64,000 bases of DNA from Candidatus Zhuqueibacterota bacterium (GTDB taxonomy: Bacteria > Zhuqueibacterota > Zhuqueibacteria > JANLFK01 > Oleimicrobiaceae): NCBI GenBank assembly GCA_024655945.1, contig JANLFK010000002.1:242610-306609 (forward strand), written 5' to 3'. Numbering within the stretch: the first letter of the stretch is position 1; each line of letters opens with the position of its first letter. The notes under the pieces were generated by a model. That model made no database searches and was not told the DNA's origin. It saw nothing but the letters and a program-made list of their open reading frames with translations. This document shows, one piece after another, positions 57,102 through 64,000 of this stretch. The position numbers were made by a program, and so were the translations under genes.

Positions 57102-57725
57102 TCAGTGATCAGAGCTGACCCGGCCGGGCAGTATTTCGCCGCGAGCCTCCTCTTTGTCGCCATTCACCCAAACGACAAAGCTCCGACCCCGCACCACAGT
57201 CACGTCCAACCCCTGTGATGAAAGCAAAGAGGCAAGCTTCTCACCCGGAAGAAAACCACTGCGCATCCCCAAAAGCCTCTCTCCCACGGCCAAGCACTTG
57301 ATTGCCAGCCGGCTGATGTCTGGCTCCTCGATCACCAGACGCCCTCCTCCGCCGAGCACGGCGGCAAGCTCGTTGATTGCCAGCTCTTGGGCGGCGAAGT
57401 GGTGAAGCGCGTCCACAGCGAGAACGCGGGCGAAGGTCGCGGGCCGAAAAGGCAGACGCGCAGCATCGGCAACCACGGCCCACACCCGCCGCCCGCGAGG
57501 AACCCGGCGCACCATGGCCAGCGAGCGATCGACCACCACGGCCCCGCCTACATAGCCGGCAAACCCGTGTGAGATCCTCCCGGTTCCCCCTCCCACATCG
57601 AGGAGGAGCCCGGCACAAGGCAACCGCAGATGCCTCCGCAGGGCCTCAAGGTCGGCGACAGGTATCAGCCGGTCGTAGACCGGTGCGACAATTGAGAAAA
57701 AGTCCACTGGCCTCTCCTGGGCCAC
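57102..57725 (-). CDS. Class I SAM-dependent methyltransferase (Methyltransf_11-like)
   Basis: ...LLLDVGGGTGRIS... motif I. Confidence 0.75.
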   Translation of the reverse strand: MAQERPVDFFSIVAPVYDRLIPVADLEALRRHLRLPCAGLLLDVGGGTGRISHGFAGYVGGAVVVDRSLAMVRRVPRGRRVWAVVADAARLPFRPATFARVLAVDALHHFAAQELAINELAAVLGGGGRLVIEEPDISRLAIKCLAVGERLLGMRSGFLPGEKLASLLSSQGLDVTVVRGRSFVVWVNGDKEEARGEILPGRVSSDH

Positions 57726-57733
57726 ATGCGCCT

Positions 57734-58723
57734 CTACACGCGGCGTTTGAACCCTTCGCCCAGCACCTCGTGCACGTTGCTGATAATCATGAAGCAGTTG
57801 GGATCGATCTCTTTCACCATCTCAATGAGCTGGTTGACCTCCTTGCGGTTGACCACGGTATAGAGCACTTCTCGGTCTTGGCCCGTGTACAGACCGCGCC
57901 CCTTCAAGGCGGTGGCACCACGGCTGAGGCGGTTCATGATGGTTTCGGCCACCTGGTCGCTCTTCGCCGAGACAATGAGCGCAGACCGCGCATAGTCCAT
58001 CCCATCGAGGATGACATCGATGATGCGGCTGGAGACAAAAAGGAGAAAGAATGCGTAGAGAGTAAGCACCAGGACAGGTTTCGCCACGGCCAGGCCGCGC
58101 CAGTGGATGACTGCCCCAGCCAAGCTGATGACGGCAAAGTCGATCGCCATAATCGCCTGTCCCGGCTTGATGCCGTGCTTCTTCTGCAAAATGGCCGCCA
58201 CAATATCCGAACCGGCAGTGCTGCCCTTGAACTTGAAAATGATCCCCAGGCCTATGCCGAGGAGCACGCTCCCGCAGAGCACCAAGAACAGGAAGTCGTG
58301 TTCGATCAAGTTGCGGATCGCGGCCGTGTCCTGCAGGCGGATGTGCCGTAAACCAGGGATCTCGCCGCGCACGAGGTCAACAAAGAGCGAGTTGGTAGAA
58401 AAACCGTAGAAGGTCCGCACCCCGAACTGGGGCCCCAGCTGGCGGACACCCCACACGTAGAGCGGCACATTCAGCAGCCACATCAGCGCCCCGACCGGAA
58501 TAGCGCCACCAGAGAGGTAGTGGATGGTCATGGACAGCCCGCTGACGCCGCCTGGCACCACATGGGCGTCGACCAAGAAGACCCCAATGCCCAGTGCCAT
58601 CACGAAAGAACCAACAGTTATGAACAGGTAGTCACGCACCGGGCGCAGCCGCAGGCAAAGGGCTCGCAGGCGGGCAGAGATGAGCCCTCGCTTGCTCACG
58701 GAGGTTTCTTCCTCACAGTTCAC
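57734..58723 (-). CDS. YitT-family (DUF161 + DUF2179) membrane protein
   Basis: Polytopic N-terminal part and a C-terminal DUF2179-like ...VLYTVVNRKEVNQLIEMVKEIDPNCFMIISNVHEVLGEGF.... The start is uncertain. Confidence 0.78.
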   Translation of the reverse strand: MNCEEETSVSKRGLISARLRALCLRLRPVRDYLFITVGSFVMALGIGVFLVDAHVVPGGVSGLSMTIHYLSGGAIPVGALMWLLNVPLYVWGVRQLGPQFGVRTFYGFSTNSLFVDLVRGEIPGLRHIRLQDTAAIRNLIEHDFLFLVLCGSVLLGIGLGIIFKFKGSTAGSDIVAAILQKKHGIKPGQAIMAIDFAVISLAGAVIHWRGLAVAKPVLVLTLYAFFLLFVSSRIIDVILDGMDYARSALIVSAKSDQVAETIMNRLSRGATALKGRGLYTGQDREVLYTVVNRKEVNQLIEMVKEIDPNCFMIISNVHEVLGEGFKRRV

Positions 58724-59199
58724 TCACAGGGGCCTTTTGCATCTGCCCAGGGGGGCGGGCCGCAAGGGCCAGTGGCGTCCTCGCTCTCCGGGAGGCGCTG
58801 TGTGTGCACGCGCCTGAGCATCATGTATCCCCCGGCAAGGGCGACGAGGAGTGCGGCGATCCCCAGCAGCACCAATGGGGGCACCTCCTTGTAATCAAGA
58901 ACGATCACCTTGCGCGCCAGGGCGGTCATCGCCACCAAGAAGACTACCTCTACGCAGAGTCGTGCCTGCCGAAGGTAGGCACGGACGGTGGCTAAGAGCT
59001 CAAGTCCTATCAGGATCATGAGGAAGAAACCAAAAACCTCCAGCATCTCTTCGATGTCCAAGAGCATCAAAGGGGGGTTCAGGAGCTCCCTCACCAGGAT
59101 GACCACCAGCTCGACCGTCGCGGCGGCAATGGCCACCATCATCATGACCACGACGGCGGTGGTCACGCAGCGTTCGAAAACGTAAATGACCCTCGTCAT
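58720..59199 (-). CDS. PsiE-like (phosphate-starvation-inducible protein E family) small membrane protein
   Basis: ORF 58720..59559 trimmed to MTRVIYVFERCV. Four hydrophobic helices. Confidence 0.55.
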   Translation of the reverse strand: MTRVIYVFERCVTTAVVVMMMVAIAAATVELVVILVRELLNPPLMLLDIEEMLEVFGFFLMILIGLELLATVRAYLRQARLCVEVVFLVAMTALARKVIVLDYKEVPPLVLLGIAALLVALAGGYMMLRRVHTQRLPESEDATGPCGPPPWADAKGPCE

Positions 59200-59389
59200 G
59201 AGCCACCTCTTCTCGCGTGCTCCCGCGCTTACCTCCCGGGCTTTCTCGCGGCTGCGACAAGATACCAAACTTGCGACCAAATCGCAACTGATTTTTTCCT
59301 GAGACCGCCAAGAGCAACAACGAAAAAGGTCACACCGCCTCGGGTGCGACCTTCTTTGCAGATCGGACTCGGCAGGGCGCCGCAACGCC

Positions 59390-59593
59390 TCAGACCTTTT
59401 CCACTCGTATCCTGTACCCGGCGATCCTGACTTCCTCAGCACGGCAGCTACACTCGGCTGCGCCAGGCGGTTTGGGTTTGCGGGAGGTGTTGAAACATTG
59501 CATGATGGCCTCCTCCTCACTGCGGGCCACGCGCAGATTCCAACATGGGGAATCCCCAAGGTAATACACCATGTACAACTTCAGCTCTTCCAT
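59390..59593 (-). CDS. Small hypothetical protein downstream of iscU (about 67 aa from MEELKLYMVYYLGDSPCWN)
   Basis: ORF only. Start trimmed to avoid overlapping the iscU stop. Confidence 0.3.
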   Translation of the reverse strand: MEELKLYMVYYLGDSPCWNLRVARSEEEAIMQCFNTSRKPKPPGAAECSCRAEEVRIAGYRIRVEKV

Positions 59594-59606
59594 CCCTACC
59601 TCCGGC

Positions 59607-60008
59607 TTAAACCTTCTCGCCTGCCGCAACGCGCTTCCGATAATCGTCGATGGCCGCTTTCAGGGCGTCTTCTGCCAGCACCGAGCAGTGCATCTTTACC
59701 TTAGGCAAGCCGCCCAGAGCCTCTGCCACGGTCTTGTTGGTGATCGCCAAGGCTTCCTCCAAAGTCTTGCCCTTGACCATCTCGGTAACCATGGAGCTGG
59801 TAGCAATGGCCGCCCCACAGCCAAAGGTCTTGAACTTGGCATCGACGATACGATTGTTCTCCACGCGGATGGTGAGTTTCATCACATCGCCGCAGGCGGG
59901 ATTGCCCACCACTCCCACGCCGTTGGCATTCTCCACCACCCCCACATTGCGTGGATGCTCGTAGTGATCCATTACCTTTTCGGTGTACTCACTGGTGATG
60001 TCCGTCAT
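59607..60008 (-). CDS. Fe-S cluster assembly scaffold, IscU/NifU N-terminal-domain type
   Basis: ...GNPACGDVMKL..., ...FKTFGCGAAIATSS... and ...HCSVLAEDALKAAI.... Confidence 0.9.
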   Translation of the reverse strand: MTDITSEYTEKVMDHYEHPRNVGVVENANGVGVVGNPACGDVMKLTIRVENNRIVDAKFKTFGCGAAIATSSMVTEMVKGKTLEEALAITNKTVAEALGGLPKVKMHCSVLAEDALKAAIDDYRKRVAAGEKV

Positions 60009-60038
60009 GTGGCATTTCTCCTTGCCAGAGAGGGGGCA

Positions 60039-61250
60039 TCAGTGGCGGTGCGGCCCCCAGCTGATGGCGTCTATGTCCACGCCCTCCTTGGCCATCTCGT
60101 ACAGCGGACTCATCTCCCTGAGTTTGGCCACGCTCGTCTTGAGCCGCTCCACAAGGAGGTCAACGTGCTCCGCAGTGTTGCTCCGTCCAAGGCCGAAGCG
60201 CAACGAGCAATGCGCCAGCGACTCGGGAACCCCGATGGCCCGTAACACATAGGAGGACTGCAACGACGCTGAGGTGCACGCCGAGCCCGTGGACAGGGCA
60301 AACTCCTTCAAGGAGAGGATCAATGACTCGCCCTCCACAAAGGCGAAGCTGTAGTTGAGGTTGTTGGGGAGGCGCTGCGTGGGATGCCCGTTCAGCTTCA
60401 CATAGTCGAGCGAGGACTCGATTCCCTGCCGCAATCGCTCCCGCAACTGGGTGAGTCGTGCCGCTTCCTCCTTCAGGTCACGCTTGCCGATCTCCGCGGC
60501 CTTGCCCAAGCCGACGATGCCCGGCACGTTGAGCGTCCCTGAGCGGTAGCCTCGTTCGTGACCGCCGCCATCCATTTGCGCCACCAGCTTCACCCCTTTG
60601 CGGATGTACAGCGCACCGACCCCTTTCGGCCCGTAGATCTTGTGCCCAGAGATGGACAACAGGTCGATGTGCTCCCTCTGCACGTCCACGGGCACCCGCG
60701 CCAACGCCTGCACCGCGTCGGAGTGAAAGAGGATGCCCCGCTCTTTGGCAAGCTCGCCAATGGCAGCGATAAGCTGCAGGGTGCCAATCTCGCTATTTGC
60801 GTACTGGATGCTCACCAGGATGGTCGAATCGTCCATGAGCTCGCGAAGGCCCTCGAGGTCCACCACCCCGAACTCATCGATGGGCGCAAAGACGATTTCG
60901 AAGCCTTCCTTCTGCAACTTCTTGGCCGTGTCCAACACGGCCTTGTGCTCGGTGGCGATGGTGATGATCCGCCGCCCTTTATCCTTGAGCTGTTGCGCCA
61001 CTCCTTTCAGGGCAAGATTGTCCGACTCGGTAGCGCCACTGGTGAAAATAATCTCCTCGGCCGAGGCCGCCCCCACCAACGCCGCCACCTGCTCCCGGGC
61101 CTTCTCCACGGCAGTGCGGGCAACGGTGCCGTAGACGTGGGTCGTACTGGATGGGTTGCCAAATTCGTCGGTCAGATAGGGCAACATTGCCTCCAGCACC
61201 TCTGGGAGCAGCGGCGTGGTCGCATGGTGATCCATGTAGATAGGGTTCAT
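60039..61250 (-). CDS. Cysteine desulfurase (IscS/NifS class V aminotransferase)
   Basis: MNPIYMDHHATTPL..., PLP-Lys region ...SGHKIYGPKG... and active-site ...STGSACTS.... Confidence 0.92.
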   Translation of the reverse strand: MNPIYMDHHATTPLLPEVLEAMLPYLTDEFGNPSSTTHVYGTVARTAVEKAREQVAALVGAASAEEIIFTSGATESDNLALKGVAQQLKDKGRRIITIATEHKAVLDTAKKLQKEGFEIVFAPIDEFGVVDLEGLRELMDDSTILVSIQYANSEIGTLQLIAAIGELAKERGILFHSDAVQALARVPVDVQREHIDLLSISGHKIYGPKGVGALYIRKGVKLVAQMDGGGHERGYRSGTLNVPGIVGLGKAAEIGKRDLKEEAARLTQLRERLRQGIESSLDYVKLNGHPTQRLPNNLNYSFAFVEGESLILSLKEFALSTGSACTSASLQSSYVLRAIGVPESLAHCSLRFGLGRSNTAEHVDLLVERLKTSVAKLREMSPLYEMAKEGVDIDAISWGPHRH

Positions 61251-61313
61251 AGCTCCTTCGCCTCTCTTCTGTCTCCTGGATGATGAACCCCTGTCACCGT
61301 GACTCGCGCCTTA

Positions 61314-62180
61314 TCAGGCGAGGAGGTCGCGAAGGGTTCGCAAGTTCGCTGCAAAGTCTTTCTCTTCTCCCGGCGTCTCCAAGAGCATGGGGATGTGCTG
61401 CAGTCTCTCCTCCTTCAGCAGCAGCCGGAAGCCTTCCAGCCCGATCTCCCCTTTGCCGATGTGTTCATGCCTGTCGATGCGACTTGCCAATTCCCGCTTT
61501 GAGTCGTTCAAGTGAATCACCTGCAAATGCGCAAGACCGATCAGGCGGTCAAACGTAGCCAGGGTTTCCGCCAGCCCTTCGGGGGAACGGAGTTCGTAGC
61601 CGGCGGCAAACACATGACAGGTGTCCAGGCATACTCCCACCCGCGACCGCGGGGTGGTCATCTCCAGCAGGGCAGCCAATTGCTCGAAAGTGTAGCCGAG
61701 AACCGACCCTTGGCCTGCGGTCGTCTCGTAGAGCACCATTACCTGCTGCGTGCCGCTCCTGTCTATTGCGGTGCTCACCCCCTCAGCGATAAGCCGAAGC
61801 CCCTTTTCCTCTCCATCGCCCATGTGTGCGCCTGGGTGCATCACCAAGTAGGGGGCGCCAATCTGCTCCGCGCGCAGGAGCTCGCCGACGAGGCTGTCCA
61901 AGGAGCGCGTTCGCACCGCCTGGTCAGGACTGGCCAAATTGATGAGATACGAGTCGTGAGTGACCACGCACGCCAGCCCCGACTGCTGGAACTCTGTGCG
62001 GAAAGCGGCGATCTCCTCCTCGCTCAGGGGTGGCGCCTTCCACTGCACCTGGTTCTTGGTGAAGATCTGGATGGCATCGCACCCGATGGCCAAGCCTCGA
62101 GCCGGGGCCCTGTGCAACCCCCCGGCAATGGAAACGTGCGCCCCGAGGATCGGTCGTGGTTGGCTCGTTGGCGTCTCCAC
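61314..62180 (-). CDS. nfo: Deoxyribonuclease IV (endonuclease IV, AP endonuclease family 2)
   Basis: ...GAHVSIAGG..., ...HDSYLINLAS..., ...VCLDTCHVFAAGY..., ...IHLNDSK.... Confidence 0.88.
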   Translation of the reverse strand: METPTSQPRPILGAHVSIAGGLHRAPARGLAIGCDAIQIFTKNQVQWKAPPLSEEEIAAFRTEFQQSGLACVVTHDSYLINLASPDQAVRTRSLDSLVGELLRAEQIGAPYLVMHPGAHMGDGEEKGLRLIAEGVSTAIDRSGTQQVMVLYETTAGQGSVLGYTFEQLAALLEMTTPRSRVGVCLDTCHVFAAGYELRSPEGLAETLATFDRLIGLAHLQVIHLNDSKRELASRIDRHEHIGKGEIGLEGFRLLLKEERLQHIPMLLETPGEEKDFAANLRTLRDLLA

Positions 62181-62186
62181 GAATGC

Positions 62187-63515
62187 CTACGCCTCAATGC
62201 TGATACGCTGCGCAGTGACGCTGGTCACCGTGCCGCTGATACTGGCATGCATATGGGCGGAGATACCCGCAGGGCTCATCGCGGCCACCAGCTCCCCTTT
62301 GCGCACCTTCTGCCCCACCCTGACCACTGGCCTGGCCGGAGCCCCTGCGCCCTGGGCAAGCGACAGGACTACGCGCGGCACAGCGGCAACTTCCTCCTGA
62401 AGCGGTGCCGGACGCCGGTAGCGCTCCAGACCCAGGCGGCGTACCAGCATGTCCACGGGCACTTTCCTTGCTGAGCGATCGGCGGGCGGCTGCGGCGACG
62501 AAGAAACGGAAGGCAGCTTCACGCCCCGCGCACGCATTTGCCCCTTCAGATGGGCATTGTAGCGGTCGGGGGAGAGTCCCATCGGGCAGGCGAATAAAGT
62601 GCCGCATAGACCACATTCACAACACAACAATGCCCCGGTGACCACGTCGGCTGCGACGTCCGAGGCATATGCTACTCCCTGCATAATCTTGTGGGGAAAG
62701 AGGTCGTGGCCAAGCAAGTAGCGGGGACAGTATTGGGTGCAAAACGAACACTGCTCACAGACCGATTTGGCTCTGGCCAATGAGTGCTCGAGCGGCGTCT
62801 GTTTGCTGAGCACGACTGGGTGGTCTGAGGGGAGGACGTAGAGTCCCGTCGTGGTCTTGTCCACACCGTCGTCGGGCCCGGCAATCGTGCCCATCATCGG
62901 GCCACCGCGCACGACCACAGGGCCGACGCAGATGGCGCCGCCGCAGAGCTCCATGGCAACAGGCACCGGCGTGCCGATGGGGAGGCGCAAGGTCTGGGGA
63001 CGCCGCACTTCTCCGACCACGGTAACAAAGCGGTCCAACACCGGCTGCCCCTGCGCAGCATCGGCCACGTGCAGGAGGGTGTGCACGTTCTGCACCACCG
63101 CGCCCACGTGGATCGGGAGTTTCCCGGCGGGCACCACACGGCTCAACACTTCGTAGACCAACACCTGCTCGTCCCCGGCTGGGTAGTGGTCTTGGAGGGT
63201 GTGGAGACGTATGCTCTGGGGGATTTTCGCAAGGGCCTGCTCAAGGGCTGCAATGGCCTTGCCGTATTTGGCTTTGACAGCCACGACTCCTTGGCTTGCG
63301 CCAGTGGCTGTCATTGCCAGAGCAAGACCGCGCAGTACGCGGTCGGTAAAGGCGGTCATGATCTGCTGGTCGCACTGCAGCAAGGGCTCGCACTCGGCGC
63401 CGTTGGCGATGACCACCTCGCACCGCGCGCCCAGCTTGATGTGCGTGGGAAAACCCGCTCCGCCGGCCCCCACCACGCCGGCCATACGCACCTGTTCGAC
63501 CAGAGACTGGCTCAT
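62187..63515 (-). CDS. RnfC/PduS-like Fe-S flavoprotein: 51K-type NAD(H)/FMN-binding region, SLBB, 2x[4Fe-4S], and an RnfC_N-like barrel placed at the C-terminus
   Basis: ...GAGGAGFPTHIKL..., CEQCSFCTQYCP and CCECGLCGTLFACP. C-terminal ...VRVGQKVRKGELVAAMSPAGISAHMHASISGTVT... Start at MSQSLVEQ. Confidence 0.7.
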   Translation of the reverse strand: MSQSLVEQVRMAGVVGAGGAGFPTHIKLGARCEVVIANGAECEPLLQCDQQIMTAFTDRVLRGLALAMTATGASQGVVAVKAKYGKAIAALEQALAKIPQSIRLHTLQDHYPAGDEQVLVYEVLSRVVPAGKLPIHVGAVVQNVHTLLHVADAAQGQPVLDRFVTVVGEVRRPQTLRLPIGTPVPVAMELCGGAICVGPVVVRGGPMMGTIAGPDDGVDKTTTGLYVLPSDHPVVLSKQTPLEHSLARAKSVCEQCSFCTQYCPRYLLGHDLFPHKIMQGVAYASDVAADVVTGALLCCECGLCGTLFACPMGLSPDRYNAHLKGQMRARGVKLPSVSSSPQPPADRSARKVPVDMLVRRLGLERYRRPAPLQEEVAAVPRVVLSLAQGAGAPARPVVRVGQKVRKGELVAAMSPAGISAHMHASISGTVTSVTAQRISIEA

Positions 63516-63562
63516 TGTGATGGCGTCGCCCCGGCCAAGGAGCCAGGCCGGGGCGCGCACGG

Positions 63563-64000
63563 CTATCCCAAATAGGGGCGAAGCTTCTCGCTGCGCGAAA
63601 TGTGGCGCAAGCGACGCAAGGCCCGATCCTTGATCTGCCTGATCCGCTCGCGGCTCAGGTGCATCACCTCCCCGATCTCCCCCAACGTCAGGGGACGGTA
63701 TTGACCGATGCCGAAGAAGAGGCGCAGTACCTCGGCTTCCCGCTTGTCCAGAGATTTGAGCGCGTTTTCAATCTCCTCCCGCAGCGACTCGCTGACCAGC
63801 GGCGAGTCGGGTTCCGGAAGGTCCTTGTCGGGCAGGCGGTCAACGACCCGAATGTCCTCATCGCCCCAGCTGACACTGTCCTCCAACGACACGTCGCGGC
63901 CCCACAAGCGCATGTTCCTGAGCAGGGTCGAGGAGTCGGTCTTTAGCTCCGAAGCGATCTCCTCGATGCTCGGATCGCGCCCCAGATCCTGCTCCAAGGC
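63563..64000 (-). CDS. Sigma-70-family RNA polymerase sigma factor. The C-terminal regions 3-4 are in the window; the N-terminus lies beyond the window end.
   Basis: Region 4 HTH ...LTLGEIGEVMHLSRERIRQIKDRALRRLRH.... Confidence 0.8.
   Translation of the reverse strand, partial: ALEQDLGRDPSIEEIASELKTDSSTLLRNMRLWGRDVSLEDSVSWGDEDIRVVDRLPDKDLPEPDSPLVSESLREEIENALKSLDKREAEVLRLFFGIGQYRPLTLGEIGEVMHLSRERIRQIKDRALRRLRHISRSEKLRPYLG

Noticed and set aside
56489-57163. 224-aa minus-strand ORF
   Set aside because: Overlaps the methyltransferase stop and has mixed third-position GC with no clear family. Kept only as a low-confidence candidate in the findings, not called as a feature.
1-64000. tRNA, rRNA, CRISPR repeats, IS elements and integrases
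   Set aside because: No T-loop or anticodon-arm-like cloverleaf candidates in the intergenic regions. No direct-repeat arrays. No transposase or recombinase-like ORFs. The window looks like core chromosome.

Overview
This window is a high-GC bacterial chromosomal segment, roughly mid-60s % GC by eye. It is very gene-dense, about 60 protein-coding genes, almost all on the minus strand. I found no rRNA, no tRNA, no CRISPR array, and no transposase or integrase.

Recognisable content, left to right:
- 1-6.5 kb: a PLP-dependent Cys/Met-metabolism enzyme (partial), a DUF4432 aldose-epimerase-like protein, a small membrane protein, a tungsten-type aldehyde:ferredoxin oxidoreductase (AOR family), and two DhnA/FbaB-type class I aldolases. 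One aldolase is fused to a 2x[4Fe-4S] ferredoxin domain.
- 6.5-8.7 kb: a DUF2892 membrane protein, a PiT phosphate transporter and its DUF47 partner.
- 9-13.6 kb: an isocitrate dehydrogenase / aconitase / citrate synthase trio.
- 13.8-24.3 kb: a co-directional ten-gene block directly upstream of the TCA genes. It encodes MvhD, a very large HdrA, HdrB, HdrC, an LplA-family lipoate/octanoate-protein ligase, an HdrD/GlcF-like CCG Fe-S protein, a GlcD-type FAD 2-hydroxyacid dehydrogenase, a LarA-family nickel-pincer 2-hydroxyacid racemase/epimerase homolog and a GcvH-family lipoyl-carrier protein. It is driven from a near-consensus sigma70 promoter. This Hdr + lipoyl-carrier + lipoate-ligase + lactate-type-dehydrogenase/racemase combination is the most unusual content of the window and I flag it as a candidate undescribed electron-bifurcating or lipoate-dependent oxidation module.
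- 24.7-28.7 kb, plus strand: a wHTH plus PD-(D/E)xK-like hypothetical, a GH172/DUF2961 protein, an RluA pseudouridine synthase and a PflA/AmmeMemoRadiSam-like radical SAM protein.
- 29-64 kb: housekeeping and accessory genes, plus a two-component system with a cNMP-binding sensor kinase, an MscL with a C-terminal Zn-ribbon, tandem secreted paralogs and a frameshifted PEP-utilising-enzyme gene.

Many long antisense ORFs in the six-frame track are high-GC artefacts and were not called. Start codons were placed from ORF-track offsets plus visible RBS/ATGA-overlap evidence. Product names rest on recognisable family motifs only; no database search was possible.
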